A stretch of 64,000 nucleotides of DNA from Candidatus Thermoflexus japonica (GCA_002898735.1 BEHY01000005.1:4772-68771), one strand, 5' to 3'; counted from the stretch's first letter, positions 49,851 to 59,248 are shown. The notes: generated by a model from the sequence alone, not told the origin. A program made the numbers and translations.

Positions 49851-51251
49851 TCATGCCCCCTTCGAGCGAAATACCTGCGCGGCGAGATCTGGCCGATCCG
49901 TGGTTACAGCATCCACTCCCACAGCCTTCAAGGCCTTCAGGGCAATGGGTTGTTCCTCATGCCAGGAGATAATCCCCAGGCCGCTTGCGTGAACTCGCTT
50001 TACCCAGGTGGAAGTAAGTTGCTCTTCCGGCCGTGCGCTCCGTCCCTCCCAACATGGGTGAACATAATGGGCATCCGCCGCCTCAGCCAGCGCGATGGGA
50101 TCTGTTTCCAGGCCCTCAAACATGATGGATCGGTAAGCCCATGGAAGCACCCGCCGAACAGCGTGCAGGGTCACCGGCTCCCGCGCGCCGAAGATCACAA
50201 AGGGCAACATCCCGGTCTGCTGAACAATAAGGGCAGCAGGCTCCACGGCCTCCGGGGCCTTGAGGTCCAGGTAGGCCCCGAGACCGACCTCCCGGCATAA
50301 CTCCAGCGCTTCTGCCAGTGTGGGGATCTCCGGCCGGGCGATCCGAAGCTCGCTCAGGAAAACGTCCCCAAGGGGCCGCAGGGTTCCATCCAGCCAGCGG
50401 ACCTCCGCATCGTGGTGCAAGACCGGGATCCCATCGGCCGTCACCTGCACGTCCAGCTCGACCGCATCGGCATCATCCATGGCAGCCTGCCGGATAGCAG
50501 CCAGGGTGTTCTCGGGAGCCTTTGCAGAGGCGCCCCGATGGGCAATGATGAGAAGATCCCGTTCCTCCTCCGGGATATCGCGCTCCAGGCGCTCGATGAG
50601 CGTTTGCAACCGCCGGGGGATCTCAAATAGCAGCTCTCGGATCGGGCGGAGGAGTTCCGGGGAGATCTCGAGACGGCGATCGAAGATCCAGGTCGGTGTG
50701 AAAGCCTTGCGGCGCAAATAAGTTCGCGCCAGCCGATCAGTCTGAGGGGATTTAATGGCTGGAAAGCCATAGAGAGGATTCAGCCAGATCCCTCCCGCCC
50801 CGGCCAAGCGTGTGCACTCCCGCAGAGTCCGTGCGGATCGTTCCTGAAACCACGTGGGGCTCGGTGCCATCGCATGCTTGCCGGGCTCCACATACAGGAT
50901 AGGATGTCCATCCTCCAGGGGAATGCGGCCATCTGCAACCATCTCCCGATAGGTGCCGTGCCAGGAGGCCTCCACCCGGACGACCATACCTTCCCTATCT
51001 AAATACACCCAGACGTGCTCCAGCTCATAGAGATGACCGATGTCAGCATCCCACTCAATGGCGTACTCGATCACCTGACAGGCAGGAGGTTCCACCATCA
51101 ACCGGCGGGGGAAAGTCGGAGAGAAAGTCCCCCGATCCAATACCGCATAGCCTACCCCTTCGACCCGGAAAGGCTCCGCCCGGTCCAGGAGGAGAACGGG
51201 GGTATGTCGGAGCGCCAGATGATGGAGATCTGAGCCTCGATCCCAGCTCAT
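49851..51251 (-). CDS. Fusion of an uncharacterised N-terminal domain (about 230 aa) and a glycerophosphodiester phosphodiesterase
   Basis: GDPD motifs IAHRGAS, PENT, ELDVQ and LHHD; N-terminal domain with GHLYELEH, ASWHG and GKHA. Confidence 0.85.
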   Translation of the reverse strand: MSWDRGSDLHHLALRHTPVLLLDRAEPFRVEGVGYAVLDRGTFSPTFPRRLMVEPPACQVIEYAIEWDADIGHLYELEHVWVYLDREGMVVRVEASWHGTYREMVADGRIPLEDGHPILYVEPGKHAMAPSPTWFQERSARTLRECTRLAGAGGIWLNPLYGFPAIKSPQTDRLARTYLRRKAFTPTWIFDRRLEISPELLRPIRELLFEIPRRLQTLIERLERDIPEEERDLLIIAHRGASAKAPENTLAAIRQAAMDDADAVELDVQVTADGIPVLHHDAEVRWLDGTLRPLGDVFLSELRIARPEIPTLAEALELCREVGLGAYLDLKAPEAVEPAALIVQQTGMLPFVIFGAREPVTLHAVRRVLPWAYRSIMFEGLETDPIALAEAADAHYVHPCWEGRSARPEEQLTSTWVKRVHASGLGIISWHEEQPIALKALKAVGVDAVTTDRPDLAAQVFRSKGA

Positions 51252-51252
51252 C

Positions 51253-52350
51253 CTACGAACGCCCGATCAGGACTCCGGTGTGAGGATCGAACAGGTAAAG
51301 ATGTGCAGGATCGAAATGGAGGCCGACGATGTCTCCGACCTTCCAGGGGAAGGGTGGAGGAACCAGGGCCCGCAACCGGAGGCTTCCGATGCGCAGATTA
51401 ACCAGCACATCCCGCCCCAACGGTTCGATCACGTAGACCTCAGCCCGGAGCTCACCCTCCTCCGAGGGAGCCAGGCGAACATGCTCCGGGCGAACGCCAA
51501 GGATCAATCGGTCCCTATCCCGGACGGCCTCAGCCCACGATTTCAACCCCTCCGGAAGAGTTACATGCCATTCAGGGCCAGTGAGGCGAAGGGCGCTCCC
51601 ATGAACCGTTAAAGAGCCTTCCAGGAAGTTCATCGGCGGGCTGCCGATGAATTCCGCAACGAAGAGGTTTGCCGGGCGGGTGTAAAGGGCCTCCGGGGTG
51701 TCGAACTGCTGGAGGACGCCCTGATTGAGCACGGCGATGCGGTCAGCCATGGTCATTGCTTCCACCTGGTCATGGGTCACGAAGATCGTGGTGATGCCCA
51801 ATTCCTTTTGAAGGCGCTTGATCTCAGCGCGGGCCAGGAGCCGAAGGCGGGCGTCCAGGTTCGAAAGCGGCTCATCAAGCAGCAACAGATCTGGCTCTTT
51901 CGCGAGGGCGCGGCACAGGGCCACCCGCTGCTGCTGGCCGCCGGAGAGCTGACCCGGGCGTCGATCGAGGAGCTCCTCGATCTGAAGCAGCTGGGCCGCC
52001 GCCACCACCCGTCGATGGATCTCAGCACGGGGCATACGCCGCAGGGTCAATGGGAAGGCGATGTTTTCATAAACGGTCATGTGGGGATAGAGAGCGTAAC
52101 TCTGAAATACCATCCCGATGTTACGCTCCCTGGGGGGCAGATCATTAACCACCTTCCCATCAAACCGAATCCAACCATGCGTCGGTCGGTAGATGCCCGC
52201 CACGGTCAGGAGGACCGTGGTCTTACCGCATCCAGAGGGCCCGAGAAGGGCGACAAATTCTCCATCCATGATCTCGAGGCTCAGGTCCTGCACTGCCACC
52301 ACCTTGCCGAAACGCTTGGTCAGGCGCTCAATGCTCACCCGCATTTGCAC
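51253..52350 (-). CDS. CUT1 ABC transporter ATPase (MalK/InoK-like)
   Basis: GPSGCGKT, LSGGQQQRV, LLLDEPLSNLD and TOBE domain. Confidence 0.95.
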   Translation of the reverse strand: MQMRVSIERLTKRFGKVVAVQDLSLEIMDGEFVALLGPSGCGKTTVLLTVAGIYRPTHGWIRFDGKVVNDLPPRERNIGMVFQSYALYPHMTVYENIAFPLTLRRMPRAEIHRRVVAAAQLLQIEELLDRRPGQLSGGQQQRVALCRALAKEPDLLLLDEPLSNLDARLRLLARAEIKRLQKELGITTIFVTHDQVEAMTMADRIAVLNQGVLQQFDTPEALYTRPANLFVAEFIGSPPMNFLEGSLTVHGSALRLTGPEWHVTLPEGLKSWAEAVRDRDRLILGVRPEHVRLAPSEEGELRAEVYVIEPLGRDVLVNLRIGSLRLRALVPPPFPWKVGDIVGLHFDPAHLYLFDPHTGVLIGRS

Positions 52351-52408
52351 TCCCCCTCTTCCAGGAACACTTGTATGTTTGGTGAGCGCTTTTCTGGCAA
52401 AGTTTAAC

Positions 52409-53242
52409 TTAACCTTTTACCCCTCCGGCATAAATCTGCAACAGATATCGCTGGGTGAACAGGAAGAACAAAAGCACCGGCAGGACATAGAACAGGCCCG
52501 CAGCGGCGATCACCCCGTAATTCACGAACAGGATTTCCCCTGCCCCACCCGCGGTGACGCTGCGAATGAAGACGGAGAGGGTCCAGTTGCGCGCGCTGGG
52601 CATGTAAATATAGGGGAGCAGGAATTCATTCCATCCCAGGACAAAGGCAAAGACCGCTAAGGCTGCGATGCCAGGGCGGACCATCGGGATCATCACCCGA
52701 CGCCAGGCCTGGAGGCGGGAGCAACCATCAATCAACGCGGCCATCTCGATATCCCACGATACGTTGTCGAAGAACCCTTTCATCACCCAGACCCCCAGCG
52801 GAAGCTCCAGGGCAGTTTTCACCAGGGCCACCCCGATTAAGGTGTCGTAAAGCCGTAAAGCCCGCAGGACATAGAAGATGGCAATCAACAGGGTGATGCT
52901 GGGGAAGGCATGAAGGACCAGGACCAGCATCATGAAAAAGCGGCGGCCGCGAAAAGAGAGCCGGGAGAGCGCATAGGCAGCAGTGGAGGAGATCAGCAAC
53001 AGGATCACGGTGTAACCGCCCGCCAGCAAAGTGGAATTCAACGCCGCCACCCAGATGCTGGGACGGTTCCCCCACGGAGTGAACAGGAAGCTCCAGTTCG
53101 ACAGAGTGAAGCCCTCCGGGATTAACCCATGAGTACGGGGGGAGAAGGCCCCAATGAACAGCCAGGCATATAAGAGCAGCAGCGGCAGGGAGAGAGCTGC
53201 CAGGATCAGATAGGGCGTGCCCTTCTTGATCCAGTTTCCCAT
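52409..53242 (-). CDS. CUT1 ABC permease (MalG/InoG-like)
   Basis: EAA loop IEMAALIDG; WNEFL. Confidence 0.92.
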   Translation of the reverse strand: MGNWIKKGTPYLILAALSLPLLLLYAWLFIGAFSPRTHGLIPEGFTLSNWSFLFTPWGNRPSIWVAALNSTLLAGGYTVILLLISSTAAYALSRLSFRGRRFFMMLVLVLHAFPSITLLIAIFYVLRALRLYDTLIGVALVKTALELPLGVWVMKGFFDNVSWDIEMAALIDGCSRLQAWRRVMIPMVRPGIAALAVFAFVLGWNEFLLPYIYMPSARNWTLSVFIRSVTAGGAGEILFVNYGVIAAAGLFYVLPVLLFFLFTQRYLLQIYAGGVKG

Positions 53243-53243
53243 C

Positions 53244-54233
53244 TTACACCCCTTCGATCTTTGGCTCGCTCATCATCTCCTGAAATCGGAAAACCCGCAG
53301 ATAAATCACCGAAGCCACCACCCCGATGGCCACCAGGACCGCGGCCAACGCAGCCCCGAACCCGAATTGCACGTTGCCAAAGTAATTGGAAAGGGCCTGA
53401 TGATAGGCATAAAGGGCCCAGACCTCCGTCCGATAAAACCCGGGCCCACCCTCCGTGAGCAGCAGGATATATTCAAACGAGGCCAGGAGGGAAAGCGTCT
53501 GATAAGCCGTCACGAACATGATCGGCCATCGGATCAGCGGCAGGATGATCCGTCGGATGATCTGCCAGGTGGTGGCTCCATCCACCTGGGCCGCCATGAT
53601 GTAATCCGGTGGGATCGCCTTGATGGCCGAGGTGAAGATGATCATCCCCAGTGAGGCCCCGACAAATCCATTGGCGAGAATAATCACTCCCCACGGCTGC
53701 GTGGTCAACCAGTTGCGCGAAGGAAGCCCGAGCGGACCCAGAACCTGATTCAGGGTCCCGAAGGGAGCAGGAGCCGTCGCCCAGGTCCATAATAACGCGT
53801 AGACAACGGAAGGGGTGACGCGAGGCAGCAACCAGAGAGCTCGAAAGAGAACCCCTACCCGCTCCTCGATATGTGTGGTTAACAGAGCGAGGATGAGGCC
53901 CATTCCGACGTTAAAAGTTAACGTTGCGGAAACATAGAGAAGTGTGTTCTGGAGGATCCGTGAAGTATAGGGGCTGCGCAGGATCCGCAAATAATTACTA
54001 AATCCGATGATCTCGGTTCGGCCCAGGGTCGCCACGCTCATATTGGTCATGCTGATCCAGAAGGTGAGAAGGACAGGAGCGACAAAAAACAGGAGCACAA
54101 TCAGGGCCGCCGGACTCAAAAAGAGGAGGGCGGCCACTCCCTGTTTGGAGACCCCGGGCCGAATCCGCAGGAGGGGGAGGGAAAATCCCCTCCCCCTCTT
54201 CGCCACTTCCAGCTCCCGTTCCACCTGCCTCAT
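53244..54233 (-). CDS. CUT1 ABC permease (MalF/InoF-like)
   Basis: EAA loop YIMAAQVDGA; six TM segments. Confidence 0.92.
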   Translation of the reverse strand: MRQVERELEVAKRGRGFSLPLLRIRPGVSKQGVAALLFLSPAALIVLLFFVAPVLLTFWISMTNMSVATLGRTEIIGFSNYLRILRSPYTSRILQNTLLYVSATLTFNVGMGLILALLTTHIEERVGVLFRALWLLPRVTPSVVYALLWTWATAPAPFGTLNQVLGPLGLPSRNWLTTQPWGVIILANGFVGASLGMIIFTSAIKAIPPDYIMAAQVDGATTWQIIRRIILPLIRWPIMFVTAYQTLSLLASFEYILLLTEGGPGFYRTEVWALYAYHQALSNYFGNVQFGFGAALAAVLVAIGVVASVIYLRVFRFQEMMSEPKIEGV

Positions 54234-55675
54234 CGGATGATCACCTTATCCCCCAAACGGGCCTGAAGCTCCTTCACCACCATCTCAACCGCCTGGTCCG
54301 GCTTCATCTCCCCGCCCATGACGGCGGACAAAGCCGTCCAGACCACCTCATCATAGGCCGAGAAGTCAGCATGGTTGGGCGCGTAAGTAGCATATTCCAC
54401 CATATAGGCGGTCTGCTGCAGGAACTGGGCCTTCTTATACTCCGGGTCGTCGAGCTGGGTCTTCAGGATCGCGAGGTGAGCGCTTTGCACCGCGTGGCGG
54501 GTGTTGAGTTCGGGCGTGGTGGCCATGGCAATCAGTCGGAAGGCCAGTTCCTGGTTCTTCTTTCCGCTCGCCTTCTCCGAGGTCACCATATAAACCAGAG
54601 GGTGGGAAAGGGTGGTGGGCTTTTGCCCAGGCTCGCCCGCCGGGATCAGGGCGAAACCGATGTTCGCCCACAGATCCGGCTCCTGGCGGCCGAACTGGGT
54701 CAGCCACTGACCCCAGTGCCACGTTCCACCGTTCCAGAAGAGCACCTGATCCCCTGCACTCACCGTCTGATGCCAGGTGCTCCAGTCAGTTCCAATGAAG
54801 TTCTTCGGTGTGGTTCCATAGGTGAACACCGTGTCGTAATGGAACTGGAAGTGCTTCCGGAGGGCCTCCTGGACCAGCACGAGCTTCCCGGTCTGAGGAT
54901 CCTGCAACTGACCGCCGAAGGCGATGTAGAACTGATAGAAATCCAGCCCCCGACGTGGGCGGGTCCAGTAGCCGTAACCCGGCTTCACCACCCCTTTATC
55001 CTGAGCTTCCTTAGCGACCCGGAGCAGATCCATAAGGGTGAACTGGCCGGTTCGGATCCGCTCGGGCAGGGCCTGGATTTCCTCATCGGACCAGCCCAGC
55101 TTCTTCAGAAGCGTCTTGCTGAAAAACATCGGGCGGGCTTCTGTGTCCTGAGGAACTGCCCAGCGCTGGCCCTTATAGGTCACGGCGTTCCAGAGGGTGG
55201 GGAAGATATCCTTAAGCCCCGTCTGGGCTTCATATTTCCGGATCCAATCGTCCAGAGGGACAATGAACCCGGCTTCGGACCACGGTGCTGTGTCCTCATG
55301 GCCGCTCAGGATGATATCCGGCGCATTGCCTGCCTGAGCGGCCAGGATGAACCGCTGGCGGTATTCATCCCATGTGCTGGTGTCGAAGCTGGCATCTACC
55401 TTCACCCGGATGTTTGACCCCTCCGCTTCAAGGGCCTTATTCAGGGCCTCCGCCGCCGCCGTCAGATTGTCTGCCCGAAAATGAGAGGCCTGCTCCGGTC
55501 CTATCGTCCACGCTGTCAGAACCACCTCCCTGGGTGGCGGGGTTGGCGTAGGAGGAGCTGGGGTCGCTGCAGGGGGTGGAGCCGCCGGCGTCGCCGTGGG
55601 AGGCGCTGGTGTGGGGGCCGGCGCACATGCGACCAGAGCCAATACCATGCCGAGGATCAGAAGCCAACGGGCCAT
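54230..55675 (-). CDS. CUT1 solute-binding lipoprotein, InoE-like (inositol-phosphate or phosphodiester)
   Basis: Lipobox LVAC, Pro/Ala/Thr linker, AWTIGP, PQDTEARP and TLSHPLVY resemble Thermotoga InoE as recalled. Confidence 0.8.
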   Translation of the reverse strand: MARWLLILGMVLALVACAPAPTPAPPTATPAAPPPAATPAPPTPTPPPREVVLTAWTIGPEQASHFRADNLTAAAEALNKALEAEGSNIRVKVDASFDTSTWDEYRQRFILAAQAGNAPDIILSGHEDTAPWSEAGFIVPLDDWIRKYEAQTGLKDIFPTLWNAVTYKGQRWAVPQDTEARPMFFSKTLLKKLGWSDEEIQALPERIRTGQFTLMDLLRVAKEAQDKGVVKPGYGYWTRPRRGLDFYQFYIAFGGQLQDPQTGKLVLVQEALRKHFQFHYDTVFTYGTTPKNFIGTDWSTWHQTVSAGDQVLFWNGGTWHWGQWLTQFGRQEPDLWANIGFALIPAGEPGQKPTTLSHPLVYMVTSEKASGKKNQELAFRLIAMATTPELNTRHAVQSAHLAILKTQLDDPEYKKAQFLQQTAYMVEYATYAPNHADFSAYDEVVWTALSAVMGGEMKPDQAVEMVVKELQARLGDKVIIR

Positions 55676-55703
55676 GGCAACCTCCCTCTTTTTTGTGGGG
55701 GAT

Positions 55704-55878
55704 TTTAACTTGACATTGTTAAATTCGGGCTCTTTGACCTCTCCCAACTGCCAAGGACGGCCTTGTAGCGCAGGCTGAAAGCCTGCGCCGCGGGCGCAAG
55801 CCCGCGTTCACCGTCTTATACGGCGGAAGCCCGTGCTACGTCACGGCGGCACGGCAAATCTAACAATATCAAGTTAAT
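55704..55878 (-). repeat. Structured intergenic element: 23-bp AT-rich inverted repeat enclosing GC-rich hairpins and REP-like GTAG units
   Basis: 55705-55727 pairs with 55855-55877 (20 Watson-Crick plus 3 G-U pairs on the minus strand); internal hairpins at 55768-55788, 55789-55806, 55811-55823 and 55831-55846. Confidence 0.65.
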
Positions 55879-55942
55879 TGCCCCTCTTTAACTCGCAGTG
55901 AGACCAGCTGGATGGTTTCGTTAAAGAAGAACGAAAAAATTT

Positions 55943-56917
55943 TCACATCGGGTAGTGCAGCTCATACAGGCTCCGCCAGCCAGGCTCGAAGGGCATCTTG
56001 AGGTAGGGCTCCAGCATCTCCCGCTCCCGCTCCGTCACCCCCTCCAGCGGCGGCAGCTTCCCCGGCGGGAAGGCCTCCAGGATGTCCCGAACCAGTTTCT
56101 CCAGGTAATCGAGCAGCTGCTCCACCCCCGGCTTCGCCTTCTCGGCGCTGGCCAGGGTCGCCTTCCCCACCACGCCCGGCTGGTAGGCCTTCACCTCAAT
56201 CGGCCGCAGGCCCACCTGCGCATACCAGGCGATGGGCTTGCGCAGCAGATTCCCCGCCTTGTCGATGTGCTCGCTATCCGTGGGCAGGAAACTGTAAGGC
56301 TCCGTGTCCACCGCATCCTCCATGCGGATGAACTCCGGGAACAGGGCCAGGCTCCAGCTGGTCTCCACCTCATCCCCATGGATGAAATGGGTCTCGTAGG
56401 GGCCGCCTTCGGACTTCAACTTGAAGTGATCGGGGATCGCGTGATACCAGTTGACGTTGACGATGATCGCCGGCACCTTGTAGGTCTTGGCGAAGCGGTG
56501 GATGGCGATGGGGATCACATATTCCTGCCCGTGGCCGTTCAGGATGATCTGCTTGCGGAATCCCGCGTTCCAGAACCCGGCGATGATCGCCGTCAGCATC
56601 CCGACGAACACGTCCTCGGGCACCACGATGGTCCCCGGCATCCCCATGTGGTGATACGGGTGGGAGCCGAACCACAGCGGCTGGCTCACCGTGCACCCTG
56701 TCCGCAGGGCCACCTGCTCCGCCATCCGGGTGACCAGGAAGACGTCCTCCCCGTAAGGCGCATGGGGGCCATGGGCCTCCGTGGCCCCGACCGGGATGAT
56801 GATCAGATCGTTCTGCTTCAGGCGCTCCATGACCTGTTTGCCGGTCATGTTCTGGAAGTAAATCCCCGTCGGCCGATCCATATGGCCGCCTTCCGGTGGG
56901 ATCTGCCACTTGCTCAT
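55943..56917 (-). CDS. iolN: Creatininase-family hydrolase, 3-dehydro-scyllo-inosose hydrolase-like
   Basis: RPTGIYFQNMT, PVGATEAHGPH, NGHG and HGDEVETS; resembles Thermotoga IolN as recalled. Confidence 0.8.
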   Translation of the reverse strand: MSKWQIPPEGGHMDRPTGIYFQNMTGKQVMERLKQNDLIIIPVGATEAHGPHAPYGEDVFLVTRMAEQVALRTGCTVSQPLWFGSHPYHHMGMPGTIVVPEDVFVGMLTAIIAGFWNAGFRKQIILNGHGQEYVIPIAIHRFAKTYKVPAIIVNVNWYHAIPDHFKLKSEGGPYETHFIHGDEVETSWSLALFPEFIRMEDAVDTEPYSFLPTDSEHIDKAGNLLRKPIAWYAQVGLRPIEVKAYQPGVVGKATLASAEKAKPGVEQLLDYLEKLVRDILEAFPPGKLPPLEGVTEREREMLEPYLKMPFEPGWRSLYELHYPM

Positions 56918-57003
56918 CGCGAAACCTCCACGCGTTTGTGTGAGGATCTGCACCGGGAAGCCCCCGTTCAGGGGACAGAATGGCCCCTCCCTTCACCCCC
57001 CTC

Positions 57004-58029
57004 TCACGCGGGCACCATCATCACTTTCACCGCCTCTCCCCGGCGTAAATGCTCCAGCCCCTCCCCGAAGCGGGATAACGGCAGGCGATGGGTGACGAGC
57101 TCCTCCGGACGGATCACCCCCCGCTCCAGCATCTGGATGGCCAGGGGGAAGGTGTGGCGACCGACATAGCTGCCCACCACCCGGATCTCCCGGCGGGTGA
57201 TGTCATACTGGGCGATCTCCGCCCGGGCCCGGGCGTTCATCCCGAAGAGGATCACCGTTCCCCCCGGCCGCACCAGCCGCAGGGCGGTCCCCATCAACGA
57301 GCCCACCGCATCCACGACCACATCCGCCCCGATCCCCGTGACCTCCCGAACCAGCCCCTCCAGATCCTGCTCCCGGGGGTCCACGGCCCAATCCGCCCCC
57401 GCCCGCCGCGCGAACTCCAGGCGGAACGGCGCGATATCGGCGGCGATGAGACTCCCGGCCCCACTCGCCCGAAGGATCTGAAGGAACAGCAATCCCACCG
57501 GCCCGCAACCCAGCACCACCGCATGCTCCCCCGGATGCAAACGGGCGTGAAGGGTTCCGCCCACCACCGTGGAAACCACCTCGGTGAAGATCGCCCGCTC
57601 CAGGGGGACCTCCGGGGAGATCGGGAAGAGGGCCCGGGCAGGGGCCACCTCGTAAGGGGCCAGGCCGCCATCCAGGAAAATCCCCAGCGTGGTGAACCGC
57701 TCGCAGTGGTTGTAAAGCCCCCGCTGGCAGAAGCGACAGACCCCGCAATACAGATTTGGAGCCACCGCGACCCGATCCCCCGGCCGCAGATGGGTCACCG
57801 CCGGACCGACCTCCACGACGCGGCCGATGACCTCATGGCCCAGGACCACCCCGGGGGTTGCGGGATGCCCGGGGGGGACCTCCAGGATATGCAGATCCGT
57901 GCCGCAGATCCCGCAGGCCTCCACCTGGAGGAGAACGTCATCCGGGTTCCGCAACGAAGGGACCGGCCGCTCCTCCAGCGCCCAACGTCCTTCTCCCAGG
58001 AACACCACCGCTGGCATCCGCTCGGCCAT
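57004..58029 (-). CDS. Zn-dependent medium-chain (polyol) dehydrogenase
   Basis: CGICGTD, GHE, structural Zn site CGVCRFC...C and GCGPVG. Confidence 0.9.
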   Translation of the reverse strand: MAERMPAVVFLGEGRWALEERPVPSLRNPDDVLLQVEACGICGTDLHILEVPPGHPATPGVVLGHEVIGRVVEVGPAVTHLRPGDRVAVAPNLYCGVCRFCQRGLYNHCERFTTLGIFLDGGLAPYEVAPARALFPISPEVPLERAIFTEVVSTVVGGTLHARLHPGEHAVVLGCGPVGLLFLQILRASGAGSLIAADIAPFRLEFARRAGADWAVDPREQDLEGLVREVTGIGADVVVDAVGSLMGTALRLVRPGGTVILFGMNARARAEIAQYDITRREIRVVGSYVGRHTFPLAIQMLERGVIRPEELVTHRLPLSRFGEGLEHLRRGEAVKVMMVPA

Positions 58030-58045
58030 CCCCGCATCCTCCCGA

Positions 58046-59248
58046 TCAGGCGGTCGCGGCGGCCGCCGGCTCGGCTTCCGGCACCGCCCGCAGATCCGGC
58101 TTGATGGTGATCTTCGCGTCGATCCGCTGGCTCAGCCGCTCCACCGCCTCCACCGCCCGATCCAGGGGATAGCGGGCGGTGATGATGCGGGTCATATCGA
58201 TCAGCCCGGCGGCCATCATCCGGATCACGCTGGGGAAGATGGCATCGCCCGAATGGCCCTGGGAGCCGAAGATCTGCCCCCGCCGCACCTGCAGGACCTC
58301 CAAGTAGAGCGGCACCCGCTCGGCGGCCCGGCCGATCACCACGATCCGCCCGTTGATCGCCAGGGCCTTCTCCATCTCCGGCAGCGTCCGTGGGGGAGCC
58401 CCCGCCGCCTCCACCAGCACATCCGCCCCTTCCCCACGGGTCGCCTCCCGGATCGCCTCGCTGGGGGCCACCTCCCGGGGATCGAAGGCCGCATCCGCGC
58501 CCATCCGCAGCGCCATCTCCCGCCGCGAAGGGCTCACGTCGAAGGCCAGCACCTTCCCGGCGCCCGCCGCCCGGGAGAGGGCGATGGCCGCCAGGCCGAT
58601 GGGCCCTGCCCCGAAGACCGCCACATAGGCTCCGGGGCGGAACCCGCCCGCGCGGACAAAGAGCCCATTGTAGGCCACACTGGTCGGCTCCACCAGGGAA
58701 CCCGCTTCGTAAGCCCGGTCGACATCCCCGTAGCGCTCGGCGATGGCGTCGATCTTCCAGCAGTATTTGGCTTTGACGGCCACATACTCCGCCATGGCCC
58801 CCGGGACCGTGAAGCCCAGCTCCTCCAGGTTGGTGCAATGGTTGAAGAAGCCGCTGCGGCAGGGCGTGCAGACCCCACACCACAGCATCTCTTCGGAAGT
58901 CACCATATCCCCCGGCCGCAGATCCCGCACCTCCTTCCCCACCGCGACCACTTCCCCGGAGAACTCGTGGCCCGGGATCACGGGGAACTTCACCAGGCCG
59001 GGATACAGGATGTAGCCCTCCGCATCGGTCTCATAGAAATGCAGATCCGACCCGCATACCCCGCAGGCCTTCACCCGGATCACCACCTCATCCGGGCCCG
59101 GCGCGGGATCCGGGACCTCCTGGATCGAGAACCGGGGATGCCGCCAGATGCTGGACCCCGTGATCGCCTTGCCCGTCTCCCGCTCCCAATCCGAAAGCGG
59201 ATAATCCGGACGCGGATCCCACTTCGCCTCCACCACCACGGCTTTCAT
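58046..59248 (-). CDS. iolM: Zn-dependent scyllo-inosose 3-dehydrogenase-like
   Basis: Distinctive N-terminus AKWDPRP...WRHP and CGSDLHFYETDAEGYILYPGL, as recalled for Thermotoga IolM; GHEFSG. Confidence 0.82.
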   Translation of the reverse strand: MKAVVVEAKWDPRPDYPLSDWERETGKAITGSSIWRHPRFSIQEVPDPAPGPDEVVIRVKACGVCGSDLHFYETDAEGYILYPGLVKFPVIPGHEFSGEVVAVGKEVRDLRPGDMVTSEEMLWCGVCTPCRSGFFNHCTNLEELGFTVPGAMAEYVAVKAKYCWKIDAIAERYGDVDRAYEAGSLVEPTSVAYNGLFVRAGGFRPGAYVAVFGAGPIGLAAIALSRAAGAGKVLAFDVSPSRREMALRMGADAAFDPREVAPSEAIREATRGEGADVLVEAAGAPPRTLPEMEKALAINGRIVVIGRAAERVPLYLEVLQVRRGQIFGSQGHSGDAIFPSVIRMMAAGLIDMTRIITARYPLDRAVEAVERLSQRIDAKITIKPDLRAVPEAEPAAAATA

